Origin: Aquificaceae bacterium
GTDB lineage: Bacteria > Aquificota > Aquificia > Aquificales > Aquificaceae
Assembly: GCA_037925075.1 (NCBI GenBank)
Contig: JAXSNR010000002.1
Coordinates: 288,001 to 352,000, forward strand
Direction: 5' to 3'
DNA: 64,000 nt
The position numbers and the translations under genes are program-made. Each line of letters begins with the position of its first letter. Position 1 is the first letter of the stretch. Below, piece by piece: positions 21,153 to 30,997 of the stretch. The notes beneath the pieces are model-generated. The model saw nothing but the letters and a program-made list of their open reading frames with translations, was not told the origin of the DNA and did no database searches.

Positions 21153-22260
21153 AGTTCATGGCAAGCTCTACAAACTCTTTAAATATGCCTTTAGAATCGT
21201 GAGGTCCAGGTGATGCTTCCGGATGATACTGAACGCAAAAAATGGGAAGGTGTTTGTGTCTAAAGCCTTCAAGAGTCTCGTCAAGAAGGTTTATATGGGT
21301 TATATCCACATCCTTTAGAGTGTCTGGGTCTACCGCAAAGTTGTGGTTCTGTGCGGTTATCTCTATATGCCCATCTCTTAGGTCCTTTACTGGGTGGTTT
21401 CCACCATGATGTCCAAACTTGAGCTTATAAGTCCTTCCACCCAAAGCCAAGCCTATTATCTGATGTCCAAGACAGATACCCATTATTGGAAGCCTTTCCA
21501 TGTATCTTCTCACAATTCTTATACCTTCTACCACCCTTTGTGGGTCCCCTGGACCGTTGGAAAGAAAAAGAGCATCTGGCTTTATTTCTTCAATCCTTCT
21601 TTCCACCTCGTAGGGTGGAACCACCACAACCTTTGACCCCTCTTGGGTAAGCCTTCTAAGTATGTTCCTTTTTACTCCGTAGTCTATAACCATTATGATG
21701 GGCTTTTGGTTTTCGCTGTATATGTAGCCCCTCTTGAGATCCCAATCTCCCTCTTTCCAGTAATAAACTTCCTTGGTTGCCACCTCCTCCACCAAGTTTA
21801 GCTCCGATATGTCGGGAAGGCTTATTGCCTTTTCCACAAGTTTTTTTGGGTCTTGTTCTATGGTGGATATAACACCCCTGAGAGCACCTTTTTCCCTTAT
21901 CCTTTTAACCAAAGCTCTTGTATCTATGCCCCATATACCCACCACACTGTTCTCCGCGAGGTATTCATGCAAGCTTCTTTTTGCCCTCCAATTGCTGTAG
22001 ATAGGTGATAGGCCCTTTATAACAAGCCCGTTCACCTGAACTTTGGAGGACTCCACATCTTCGTGGTTTATACCGTAGTTTCCCATCTGGGTGTAGGTCA
22101 TGACCACTATTTGACCTCTGTAGGAAGGGTCTGTGACAATCTCCTGATAGCCGGTCATGGAAGTGTTAAAGACCACCTCTCCAGAAGTTTCCCCCTCCGC
22201 ACCAAAGGAATAGCCCACAAAATAGCTTCCATCTTCTAAGGCAAGGATAGCCCTTTTCAT
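21133..22260 (-). CDS. carA: Carbamoyl-phosphate synthase small subunit
   Basis: GEVVFNTSMTGYQE, SNGPGDP, GICLGHQ, QYHPE. Confidence 0.98.
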   Translation of the reverse strand: MKRAILALEDGSYFVGYSFGAEGETSGEVVFNTSMTGYQEIVTDPSYRGQIVVMTYTQMGNYGINHEDVESSKVQVNGLVIKGLSPIYSNWRAKRSLHEYLAENSVVGIWGIDTRALVKRIREKGALRGVISTIEQDPKKLVEKAISLPDISELNLVEEVATKEVYYWKEGDWDLKRGYIYSENQKPIIMVIDYGVKRNILRRLTQEGSKVVVVPPYEVERRIEEIKPDALFLSNGPGDPQRVVEGIRIVRRYMERLPIMGICLGHQIIGLALGGRTYKLKFGHHGGNHPVKDLRDGHIEITAQNHNFAVDPDTLKDVDITHINLLDETLEGFRHKHLPIFCVQYHPEASPGPHDSKGIFKEFVELAMNYAGSQK

Positions 22261-22276
22261 GTTTTTTATCTTAACA

Positions 22277-22366
22277 CGGAGAGGGCGGGATTCGAACCCG
22301 CGGTAGGGCTGTTAACCCTACAACTCCTTAGCAGGGAGCCGCCTTCGGCCTCTCGGCCACCTCTCC
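22277..22366 (-). tRNA. tRNA-Ser (GCT)
   Basis: Reverse complement GGAGAGG...CTGCTAA anticodon loop, long variable arm GTAGGG-TTAACAG-CCCTAC, TTCGAAT, CCTCTCCG. Confidence 0.96.
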
Positions 22367-22533
22367 TGCCTATGAATAGTATAACATAGTATTAACTTAA
22401 ACCCCCATGACCATTTTCTGCGTCAAATTTTTAAAGGTTGGTTTCCACCCCAAGATTAACCCAGCCCCACCAGACCAAACAGCCCCTAACCAGTTTTGCA
22501 ACAAAAACGCATTAACTACCCTTTCCCGCCATC

Positions 22534-24543
22534 CTATTGCTTTCTGATAACTATCAGAATACGATATAGGGCTATGGCAATAACGCAAAGCACAAGAGAG
22601 ACATAAAGGGTTCCCATAAAGGCATTTACATAATTGTTGAAGATTACTCTCTGAGCTATTTCCACACTTGGTATGGTCGCTGGTAGCTTGCCAAGTTCTA
22701 ATGCCTTCTTTAAAAACTCCGCTTGAGCCAAAAAGCCTATAACCTTATCGGGATGAAAGACCCTCATAAGCCCTGCGGTTATGGTGTTTATGCTAAGAAA
22801 CAGGGCTGGAAGACCGGTAATCCATGCGTACTTGAGCTTTCCGTTGTTTACCATATACACGGTTGCCACCACAAGAGCTGTGGTCGCCAAAAGCTGGTTG
22901 GATATACCAAAGAGTGGCCACAGAGTCTTTACGCCACCGTATGGGTCAATTACACCCACATACAAGAAGTATCCCCATCCTGCCACCGTTATACCGCTGG
23001 TGAGTACATTAATCCATAGGTTTTTGTAATCTTTGAAGGCAGGAGATATGCCAGAAAGAAGGTCCTGAAGTATGTACCTTCCTACCCTTGTTCCCGTGTC
23101 TATGGTGGTAAGGATAAACACCGCCTCAAAGAGTATGGCAAAATGATACCAGAAGGCAAGAAGGGCTTCGCCGGTAATCTTTGAAAAGATAAGAGCCATA
23201 CCTATGGCAAGGGCTGGAGCTCCCCCCGTTCTTGAAAGTATGGTGGGTTCTTCTATCTTTCTGGCTACCTCTTCCAAATATTCAGGTGTTATGTAAAAGC
23301 CCCAGCTGGAAATCTTTTGTGCCGCTTCTTGAATCGTTTTCCCTATCTCGGAAGCTGGGCTGTTTATGGCAAAGTAAAGACCGGGCTCCATGGAAACCGC
23401 CGCTATTAGTGCCATCACCGCCACAAAGGACTCTCCCAGCATACCACCATAGCCCACCAGTCTCACATGGCTTTCTTTATCAAGAAGCTTGGGAGATGTG
23501 CCTGAGGATATAAGGGAGTGAAAGCCAGAGACCGCACCGCAGGCTATGGTAATAAAAAGAAAGGGAAACAGGTCACCCTTCCAAACGGGACCGTAGCCTG
23601 TAAAGGCATACTGGGTAAAAGCTGGCATCTTTATTTCTGGATTTACCACCGCAACCGCAACAGCTATAAGGATTATGGTGCCCAATTTGAGAAAAGTGCT
23701 AAGATAGTCCCTCGGTGCCAGCAGAAGCCAGACGGGTAGCACGGAAGCGAAAAAGCCATAGACCATAAGAGCCACAGCAAGCTGAGCCTCAGAAAGGGTA
23801 AAGAACTTTCCAAGGACCTCATGCTGTGCCACGAGCCTACCTATGTAGAGGCTCAGTAGCAAGGCAATCACGCCAAAAACAAAGGAGTGAAGCACAGCAC
23901 CCGGTCTTATGTGCCACATGTACACGCCCATGAGCATGGCTATGGGTATGCTCATAAAGACGGAAAAGGTTGCCCATGGGCTTTCCGCCAGAGCCTTTAT
24001 CACCACAAGACCGAGCACCGCAAGAAGGATTATGAGAATGCTGTATATGACCAAAAGGGTTATAAGACCCCCTACCTTTCCAAGCTCCTCCCTCGCTATC
24101 TGACCCAAACTCTTCCCACCCTTACGCATGGATATGGTAAGCACCACCATATCTTGAACGGTGCCCGCCAAGACAGCCCCAAGCAGGATCCATAAGGTGC
24201 CAGGAAGATATCCCATCTGTGCCGCAAGCACTGGGCCCACAAGGGGACCAGCGCCGGATATGGAAGCAAAGTGATGACCAAAGAGTACCCACTTGTTGGT
24301 GGGCACATAATCAAGCCCGTTGTAAAACTTGTGAGCTGGTGTAGGGTTGTTGTCATCCACCTGAAAGGCTCTGTGGGCTATAAAGTAGGAGTAGTACCTA
24401 TAGCCTATGATGTAAGTACATAAAGTGGCTATCAGAAGCCAAATAGTACCTACAGGCTCACCCCTTGATAGGGCAAGCACTGCAAAAGCAAAAGCACCAA
24501 GAACCGATACCGCAAGAAGTATTAACCTATCCTTCCACGTCAT
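22534..24543 (-). CDS. cstA: Carbon starvation protein A (CstA/BtsT-type pyruvate/peptide transporter)
   Basis: GHHFASISGAGPLVGP, LLAPRDYLS, ACGAVSGFHSL, WPLFGISNQLLA. Confidence 0.95.
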   Translation of the reverse strand: MTWKDRLILLAVSVLGAFAFAVLALSRGEPVGTIWLLIATLCTYIIGYRYYSYFIAHRAFQVDDNNPTPAHKFYNGLDYVPTNKWVLFGHHFASISGAGPLVGPVLAAQMGYLPGTLWILLGAVLAGTVQDMVVLTISMRKGGKSLGQIAREELGKVGGLITLLVIYSILIILLAVLGLVVIKALAESPWATFSVFMSIPIAMLMGVYMWHIRPGAVLHSFVFGVIALLLSLYIGRLVAQHEVLGKFFTLSEAQLAVALMVYGFFASVLPVWLLLAPRDYLSTFLKLGTIILIAVAVAVVNPEIKMPAFTQYAFTGYGPVWKGDLFPFLFITIACGAVSGFHSLISSGTSPKLLDKESHVRLVGYGGMLGESFVAVMALIAAVSMEPGLYFAINSPASEIGKTIQEAAQKISSWGFYITPEYLEEVARKIEEPTILSRTGGAPALAIGMALIFSKITGEALLAFWYHFAILFEAVFILTTIDTGTRVGRYILQDLLSGISPAFKDYKNLWINVLTSGITVAGWGYFLYVGVIDPYGGVKTLWPLFGISNQLLATTALVVATVYMVNNGKLKYAWITGLPALFLSINTITAGLMRVFHPDKVIGFLAQAEFLKKALELGKLPATIPSVEIAQRVIFNNYVNAFMGTLYVSLVLCVIAIALYRILIVIRKQ

Positions 24544-25244
24544 TTAAGGTGCTTGTTAAAGAAGGCAATAGTCTTTTCCCATACATCGTTGGCGTACTCT
24601 TCGTGGTAAACCTCAGGCCTTGTGTCGTTAAAGAAGGCATGGTCTACACCAGAATATATTAAAAACTGTGCATCTACTCCATGCTTGTTGCACTCCTCAA
24701 TAGCCTTTACTACTTCAGAAAGAGGTATAAAGGCATCCTTCCCCGCATGGATGGCAAGCACTGGAGCCTTTATCTTGGAAAAGTCTATGGGAACTATGGA
24801 GTATAGACCGTAGTAGGGAACCAAAGCCCTAAAATCCTGTGAAAACTCCGCTCCAAAGTACCAAGTGCATGTCCCACCACAACAAAAGCCCGTAGCTCCA
24901 AGCATAAACTCACCAACTCTTGCCACATAGCCCATATCCTGTTCCTTGAAGTATTCAATGGATGCCTTTACCATCTCCTTGGCTTCTGAAAACCTGTTTT
25001 GAAAAAGGTCTTGCATGAGCTTTCCTGCGTTTTCTGGGTCGCTGGCTGTTTTGCCCCTGTATAGGTCTATTCCAAAAGCATAAAAGCCCTCCTTTGCGTA
25101 CCTGTCGCATACATCCTTTATGTGATCCACAAGCCCCCACCACTCATGAAAAACAAAGACCATAGGGCCCTTCCCAAACTCGGGCTCAGATAGATAACCT
25201 GAAACCTCCACCCCATCCTTTTTAAAGGATACCATCCTTCCCAT
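24540..25244 (-). CDS. Dienelactone hydrolase family protein
   Basis: HEWWGL, GFCCGG nucleophile elbow, HAFFND. Confidence 0.92.
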   Translation of the reverse strand: MGRMVSFKKDGVEVSGYLSEPEFGKGPMVFVFHEWWGLVDHIKDVCDRYAKEGFYAFGIDLYRGKTASDPENAGKLMQDLFQNRFSEAKEMVKASIEYFKEQDMGYVARVGEFMLGATGFCCGGTCTWYFGAEFSQDFRALVPYYGLYSIVPIDFSKIKAPVLAIHAGKDAFIPLSEVVKAIEECNKHGVDAQFLIYSGVDHAFFNDTRPEVYHEEYANDVWEKTIAFFNKHLK

Positions 25245-25391
25245 TTTATGACCTCCTCAGGCTTTTTTGAAATTTTATAACACATCCTCTCTTGTTGCAA
25301 GCGAAGATAATCACATATATATGATTTAAAAATCTTAAACTCTTTCAATCTTAAAATGTTATTAATTGATAACCCTTGACAAATGGGGAAA

Positions 25392-25407
25392 AATGATTTA
25401 TATCATT
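25392..25407. promoter_or_regulatory. FNR/DNR-like palindrome upstream of the cox operon
   Basis: AATGAT-TTAT-ATCATT versus consensus TTGAT-N4-ATCAA, just downstream of TTGACA at 25376. Confidence 0.4.
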
Positions 25408-25433
25408 ATTAAAAATCACCAAGGAGGTGAAAA

Positions 25434-26210
25434 ATGGCGCACGAGGGAACCCATGCGGTGCATCATGAGACCAGCGTTTGGGCATTGCCTGTGGGCATGT
25501 CCACCTTCTTTTTATCTCTTGCCGCCATAGCCTACTTCACATGGAAGCTTGCCCTTCTGGCGGTTCTGTCGGGTGGTGTGGGCTTGGCTCTGTTGGCAAT
25601 TGGGCTTGCGGGCTGGGCAAACGAGTACTTCTCAAAGGGTCATGACGAAGGGCTTGGCTTCCAGGGCATAGTGTGGTTTGTCTTTGCGGAAGTGGTCATC
25701 TTTGGAACCATCTTTGCGGGCTTTTGGATGGCAAGAGCAACGCATGCGGATGTTTGGGTAAAGGAATGGATTCCAGAGGGTGGAATGAACCTTGCACTTG
25801 TGGCACTTCTTACCCTTATCCTATGGACTTCAAGCTTCACCATATGGAAAGCGGAACATAGCATTGAGCACGGAGACATTGGCGGTTATAGAATGTGGCT
25901 TCTTGCGACTATGGTCTTGGGTGCCGTGTTCCTTGTGCTTCATGCTTGGGAATGGCTTCATCTGTGGCACAAGGGCTTTACCATAAGCTCGAATATGTAT
26001 GGAACAGGCTTTTACATGCTTACGGGTGTCCACGCCTCTCACGTGCTTGTGGGTCTTGGTATGCAGCTTATACTTCTCATAAACAGTGGCAAGGCTCTTG
26101 GTAAGAAAACACCAGCAAGAGCGGCAAGCTACTACTGGCACTTTGTAGACCTTGCATGGCTTTTGGTGGCTGGAACAGCCTACATTGTGGGTTCCTTTGG
26201 CAAGTTCTAA
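25434..26210 (+). CDS. coxC: Cytochrome c oxidase subunit III
   Basis: FVFAEVVIF, FYMLTGVHASHV, YWHFVD; SD AAGGAGGTG. Confidence 0.95.
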   Translation: MAHEGTHAVHHETSVWALPVGMSTFFLSLAAIAYFTWKLALLAVLSGGVGLALLAIGLAGWANEYFSKGHDEGLGFQGIVWFVFAEVVIFGTIFAGFWMARATHADVWVKEWIPEGGMNLALVALLTLILWTSSFTIWKAEHSIEHGDIGGYRMWLLATMVLGAVFLVLHAWEWLHLWHKGFTISSNMYGTGFYMLTGVHASHVLVGLGMQLILLINSGKALGKKTPARAASYYWHFVDLAWLLVAGTAYIVGSFGKF

Positions 26211-26213
26211 GCC

Positions 26214-26984
26214 ATGAGGGGTATAGTCCTTCTTTTCCTGTTTTGGGTCTTTGCCTTTGGCACACCGCAACCTAAAAACACTCCCAGCATGTTTGACGCA
26301 AGCATAATGAGGATAGAGGAGGAAAAATACCTCGGAAACAAGGTCGCAGACGTAGAGTTCCTCAGGGAAGACGGCAAAAGACAGAGGCTCTACGAACTCA
26401 TAAAGGGCAAGCCTACCGCCCTTATACTTGCATACTTCACCTGCGATTCCGCCTGCCCTCTTATCGTTAAATCCGCCCTCGAAGCCACCAAAAACCTCGG
26501 AAAAGATGCCAATCTTTTGGTGCTTTCCTTTGATAAAGAGGACACCCTTGAAGACATAAAGAAGTTCAAGGTTCAGCTTGGTGTAGAGAATCCAAAGTGG
26601 ACTTTTGGCATAATGAAAGAAGACCAGATTCAAAAGCTTACACAATCTCTGGGCTACAGGTTCTTCTATTCCCGTCAAGACAGGGTTTTTGTCCATCCCA
26701 ATGTGGTGATGTTCATAGCTCCAGATGGAAAGATAGTAAGGTACCTCTATGGCATATCTCCAAAGGAAAGGGACTTTAGAATAGCCCTTGCGGAAGCGGA
26801 GACTTTTAGGATAACAAGGAACACCATAGTGGATGTGGCTTACATGGTGTGCTACAGGTACGACCCCAACACGGGAAAGTATGGGCTAAACCCAACGGTG
26901 ATCTTTGCCTTTGGTGGGGCAATGCTTGCAAGCCTCACCTTGCTTCACGCCATAGTAAAAAAGAAAAAGGAGGTTAGAACATGA
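26214..26984 (+). CDS. SCO1/SenC copper chaperone
   Basis: CDSAC (CxxxC), FVHP His, YLYG, C-terminal CYRYDP plus TM. Confidence 0.92.
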   Translation: MRGIVLLFLFWVFAFGTPQPKNTPSMFDASIMRIEEEKYLGNKVADVEFLREDGKRQRLYELIKGKPTALILAYFTCDSACPLIVKSALEATKNLGKDANLLVLSFDKEDTLEDIKKFKVQLGVENPKWTFGIMKEDQIQKLTQSLGYRFFYSRQDRVFVHPNVVMFIAPDGKIVRYLYGISPKERDFRIALAEAETFRITRNTIVDVAYMVCYRYDPNTGKYGLNPTVIFAFGGAMLASLTLLHAIVKKKKEVRT

Positions 26985-27766
26985 GAAAGCTTCCGTTCCT
27001 GCTTTTGCTGGCAGGGATAGCCATGGCAAAAGAGGACGTACTTGCCTACCCAAGAGCTTTTTGGGAAAACTCCGTAACCGTATGGTTCTGGGTGGCAGTA
27101 GCCATATACATTATAGTTGCGGTGCCCTCCATTTACTTCATGATCAAATACCGCTACAGACCAAAGGAAAACGAAGAAGGTGCTCACATTGAAGGAAACA
27201 CCGCCATAGAAATAGTCTGGACAGTCATACCCACAATAATAGTCCTTTTCCTTGGTACTTACTCTTTTGCCAATTTTGTAAAGCAGAGAAATGCACCAGA
27301 GGGGGCTTTGGAGATCAAGGTTACAGCCTTTATGTGGGGCTGGGAATTTGAGTATCCTAACGGCAAAAAGGTTTACACCTTCTTCAACCAGGTTTCCGAC
27401 CCAGAAAAGAACATGTACCTTATGCCCGAAAAAATAGATGATTCCGCAAAGGCTTATGTGCCGGCGGGCAAGCCCGTTAAAGTCTATTGCACCTCAAGGG
27501 ATGTGATACATTCCTTTTTCGTACACGAAGCGAGGGTAACGGAGGACTGCGTTCCGGGAAGGATTACCAAGATGTGGTTCCAATTCAACAAGCCCGGTGA
27601 ATACTGGGTCTTTTGCAGGGAGTACTGTGGCACATGGCATTCAAGGATGGCAAGCGTCCTAAAGGTGGTTCCTCAGGAAGAGTTTGATAAGTGGTTGGGT
27701 GGACAAGCAGGGCAACAAGCCCAGCCTGAACAGGTTCAACAACCGGCTCAGCCGGTTCAACAATAA
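26981..27766 (+). CDS. coxB: Cytochrome c oxidase subunit II
   Basis: EIVWTVIP, DVIHSF, CREYCGTWHSRM CuA motif; no heme-c domain; Gln/Pro-rich tail. Confidence 0.96.
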   Translation: MRKLPFLLLLAGIAMAKEDVLAYPRAFWENSVTVWFWVAVAIYIIVAVPSIYFMIKYRYRPKENEEGAHIEGNTAIEIVWTVIPTIIVLFLGTYSFANFVKQRNAPEGALEIKVTAFMWGWEFEYPNGKKVYTFFNQVSDPEKNMYLMPEKIDDSAKAYVPAGKPVKVYCTSRDVIHSFFVHEARVTEDCVPGRITKMWFQFNKPGEYWVFCREYCGTWHSRMASVLKVVPQEEFDKWLGGQAGQQAQPEQVQQPAQPVQQ

Positions 27767-27784
27767 AAAGAAAGGAGGTATGCT

Positions 27785-29434
27785 ATGGCAGTAGCACATG
27801 TACCACCAGCAGGAACGTGGTACGGTGCCACTCTAAAGGAGTGGGTCTTTACCACCGACCACAAAAAAATAGGTATGCTCTATTTTATCACCTCCCTTGT
27901 CTTCTTTATAGTGGCAGGCCTCTTCGGCCTCATTATCAGGTTTGAGCAGACAGCCCCTGGTATCCAGCTACCGGGTATGTTTGGTCAGGAAGGCACAGAC
28001 CTTTATAACTACATCCTTACTGGTCATGGCGCGGTAATGCTTCTTTGGTGGGCTGTCAACGTCTGGATGGGTGGATTTGCCAACTTCTTGGTTCCACTTA
28101 TGATAGGTGCAAGGGATGTGGCTTTTCCAAGGTTAAACGCCTTTAGTTATTGGTCCTTCTTTGGTGCAAGCCTTTTGGTTCTACTCACTCTAATACCGGG
28201 CAACTGGATAAAGATGCTTTGGACAGGTTATGCACCGTATTCCATGAACGACAACGCAGGACCTACATCCCTTTATGTGCTTATAGTTCTTCTTTACAGC
28301 ATATCTTCCACTGGTGGTTCCGTCAACATGATAACCACCATAGTTAGCATGAGGGCAAAGGGTATTGGATGGACAAAGCTCAACCTCTTTGTTCACGCCA
28401 TAATGGCTGCGAGCCTTATACAGCTCTTTGGTGTTCCCTCTCTTATGGGTAGTGTTATACTTCTTTTCACAGACAAGTACCTTGGTACAAACTTCTACAA
28501 TCCACTTCTTGGTGGAGACCCACTGCTCTATCAACACCTCCTTTGGTTCTACTCTCACCCCGTTGTTTATGTGATGATACTTCCCGCCTTTGGAGTGTTT
28601 TCTGAAGTGATATCCACCATGTCCAGAAAGCCCATCTTTGGTTATATATCTATGGCTTTAGCCATATACGCCATAGCCTTTGTAGGCTTTGAAACATGGG
28701 TTCACCATATGTTTGTTTCTGGTGTGCCAGACTGGTTGAGGGTTCTTTTCTCCTACACCACGCTATTTGTGGGTGTACCAACAGGTATAAAGATATTCAA
28801 CTGGGTTGCCACGCTTCATAGGGCTGCAATCAGATACAATACTCCAATGCTCTATACCTTTGGTGGCATCCTTATGTTCCTAATAGGTGGTCTTACGGGT
28901 ATTCCCAACGCCATGGTTTCTATAGACCTTGGCATATCCGATTCCCTCTTTATAGTTGGGCACTTCCACTATGTGCTTGGTATGGCTCTTACCTTTGGAG
29001 CCTTTAGTGGTATCTACTATTGGTTCCCCAAAGTTACAGGAAGGATGTATTCAGAGGGACTTGGAAAGCTCAGCTTTTGGCTTATGCTCATAGGTGCAAA
29101 CATCATGTTCTTCTTCCAGATGTACATAGGAATGGCTAATGGTATGCCCAGAAGATACCCTGATTATCCACCTATACCAGAATGGGTGCAGCTTATGCAA
29201 ATCCAAACCGTTGGTGCTCTCATAATGACAGTTGCAATACTCCTATCCCTTATAAACTGGATAAAGAGCCTGAAGGGTCCAAAGGCAGAGGACAATCCTT
29301 GGGGTTCTCCTTCTCTTGAGTGGAGCATGACAACCACGCCAGTAGGACCCAACAACTTTAAGAGATACCCCGTAGAAGTTCCAGAAGACTGGCATCCCTA
29401 TGCCTACTTTAAGGGATACCACGCACACGTTTAA
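27785..29434 (+). CDS. coxA: Cytochrome c oxidase subunit I, A2-type
   Basis: TDHKKIG, DVAFPRLN, WFYSHPVVY (YS motif marks A2), WVHH, PTGIK, HFH, MPRRY. Confidence 0.97.
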   Translation: MAVAHVPPAGTWYGATLKEWVFTTDHKKIGMLYFITSLVFFIVAGLFGLIIRFEQTAPGIQLPGMFGQEGTDLYNYILTGHGAVMLLWWAVNVWMGGFANFLVPLMIGARDVAFPRLNAFSYWSFFGASLLVLLTLIPGNWIKMLWTGYAPYSMNDNAGPTSLYVLIVLLYSISSTGGSVNMITTIVSMRAKGIGWTKLNLFVHAIMAASLIQLFGVPSLMGSVILLFTDKYLGTNFYNPLLGGDPLLYQHLLWFYSHPVVYVMILPAFGVFSEVISTMSRKPIFGYISMALAIYAIAFVGFETWVHHMFVSGVPDWLRVLFSYTTLFVGVPTGIKIFNWVATLHRAAIRYNTPMLYTFGGILMFLIGGLTGIPNAMVSIDLGISDSLFIVGHFHYVLGMALTFGAFSGIYYWFPKVTGRMYSEGLGKLSFWLMLIGANIMFFFQMYIGMANGMPRRYPDYPPIPEWVQLMQIQTVGALIMTVAILLSLINWIKSLKGPKAEDNPWGSPSLEWSMTTTPVGPNNFKRYPVEVPEDWHPYAYFKGYHAHV

Positions 29435-29458
29435 TGTTGGTGGTGCACCTCTTATCTT

Positions 29459-29482
29459 GTCCCCCTCTTGGGGGGCTTTTTT
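29459..29482 (+). terminator. Rho-independent terminator after coxA
   Basis: GTCCCCC-TCTT-GGGGGGC followed by T6. Confidence 0.75.
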
Positions 29483-29503
29483 ATTTATTTGGAGGTATAT
29501 TAT

Positions 29504-29686
29504 ATGACCCAGGAGCAGAAAAAGAAGCTGACTGGTATCATAGTTGGCCTTGTAGTCCTTGGGGGCTTCCTCACAGGACTTTTGGGCATGATCTTTTCTG
29601 AGAAGAACAGGGAGTATTTTATAAATAGGCTGAAGAACATAAAGAATGTGCCCTACATAAGGCAAGATAAGGACCCAACAAAATGA
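29504..29686 (+). CDS. Small single-TM protein downstream of coxA
   Basis: SD GGAGGT, MTQEQKKK followed by a hydrophobic helix; stop overlaps the next ATG. Confidence 0.75.
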   Translation: MTQEQKKKLTGIIVGLVVLGGFLTGLLGMIFSEKNREYFINRLKNIKNVPYIRQDKDPTK

Positions 29687-30252
29687 GCTTTGATGCGGTC
29701 ACACTTGGCCACATCCTTATAGTGGTTGCGAGGCTTTTGGAGATGTTCAGTTTTGGTATGGTTTTGCTTTTTGTATTTAAAGGCGTTGCTCTCAAACATA
29801 TATTCCTTACCGCAGGGATAACGGTAGGTGGCATACTTGTTTCCATATTCGGCTATTTGGGAAATTTACTTTCTCCTGCTACCTCCTTTGCGGTGGATGC
29901 CTTTGTTTTTTCTGTGGTTATTGCCATAGCCTTCTACGCCTTTATGGAAAAGAGAGAACTTAGAATAAAACCTCCACCTATACCTCCAAAGGGAACAAGA
30001 TGTCCAGTATGTGGTGGTTTTGTAAAGGTTGAGGATGATTATGCGGTAGTAAGGGAAGGCAAAGACCTACTTTATTTTGACTCCTTGGACCACCTCAAAA
30101 GCTTCCTTGAGAACTTCCAAGAGTACAAGAAACTCAGAAGGCTTAACTTCAGAAGGGTGGAGGACATTTACATAAAGGGCGATGCGGGTTGGAAAAGGGT
30201 TGGTGAGTTAGAAGATAAAAAATTAGGGCGATTCCTCAAAACATTCCAATAA
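29683..30252 (+). CDS. Membrane protein with C-terminal YHS/TRASH-like domain
   Basis: About 3 TM helices, Pro linker, CPVCG...LYFDSLDHLKSF. Confidence 0.7.
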   Translation: MSFDAVTLGHILIVVARLLEMFSFGMVLLFVFKGVALKHIFLTAGITVGGILVSIFGYLGNLLSPATSFAVDAFVFSVVIAIAFYAFMEKRELRIKPPPIPPKGTRCPVCGGFVKVEDDYAVVREGKDLLYFDSLDHLKSFLENFQEYKKLRRLNFRRVEDIYIKGDAGWKRVGELEDKKLGRFLKTFQ

Positions 30253-30259
30253 TACTCTT

Positions 30260-30997
30260 TTGATGTTGATATTATCTAATGCCTTCGCTGATGTTTTTAT
30301 GGAACAGAGGATTTTTTATCGCGAATTTCCCGAGGTCTTCATTACCTCATCAAATGGGAGGGAATACAACCTGAAGGAGCTTTCCTATCAGAAACCTTTA
30401 ATTCTCACAATCATTTTTACAAGATGTGGTAGTATTTGCCCTGCTTTAATTTTATCACTTAAAAATGCTCTGGAAAATTCCAAGGAGAAAGGGAAATATA
30501 TTACTTTTATTTTGAGTTTTGCTCCAGATGATAAGCTGGAGGATATAAAAGATTACAAAAATTCTCTTGGATTTTCGGATAAGGAAGATATTATTTTTGG
30601 AATTATTAATTCATCCGGTAAAGATTTTTTTCTCAAAACCATTGGGTTCGATTACAAAAAAATCGAAGGTACAACTCAATATGATCATCCTGCGATTATT
30701 TACGCACTTTATAAGGGAAGGATTATGAGGATTCTTTATGGTTCAAATTTTGGAAGCAAGGAATTAGATATGATGGTAAGAAATGCGCTTGGTGAATGGG
30801 AAATATCTTACACTTTGCCTGATCCTAAAATTCCATATAGATGTTATGGTTATAACTTTTCTACTGGTAATTTTGAAATTGATATTGGATTTTGGCTGAT
30901 GTATCTTCCGTGGTTTTTTGGTTTTTTTCTTACATTAGTGTTTACAATTCACAGATCACTAATAAAAAGGAGAACAAGGTATGTATGTGGCTCCTGA
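30260..30997 (+). CDS. Second SCO1/SenC protein (AT-rich; 5' end possibly damaged)
   Basis: CGSIC, YDHPA, C-terminal CYGYNF plus TM; no clear SD or start. Confidence 0.8.
   Translation: MMLILSNAFADVFMEQRIFYREFPEVFITSSNGREYNLKELSYQKPLILTIIFTRCGSICPALILSLKNALENSKEKGKYITFILSFAPDDKLEDIKDYKNSLGFSDKEDIIFGIINSSGKDFFLKTIGFDYKKIEGTTQYDHPAIIYALYKGRIMRILYGSNFGSKELDMMVRNALGEWEISYTLPDPKIPYRCYGYNFSTGNFEIDIGFWLMYLPWFFGFFLTLVFTIHRSLIKRRTRYVCGS

Noticed and set aside
22397..22588. 63-aa ORF as a YbdD/YjiX partner of CstA
   Set aside because: No family resemblance or SD; overlaps cstA out of frame
25830..26696. 288-aa minus-strand ORF
   Set aside because: Antisense shadow of coxC/SCO; no recognisable motifs
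27700..27766. CAACC/CAGCC short repeats
   Set aside because: They encode the Gln/Pro tail of CoxB; not a DNA repeat element
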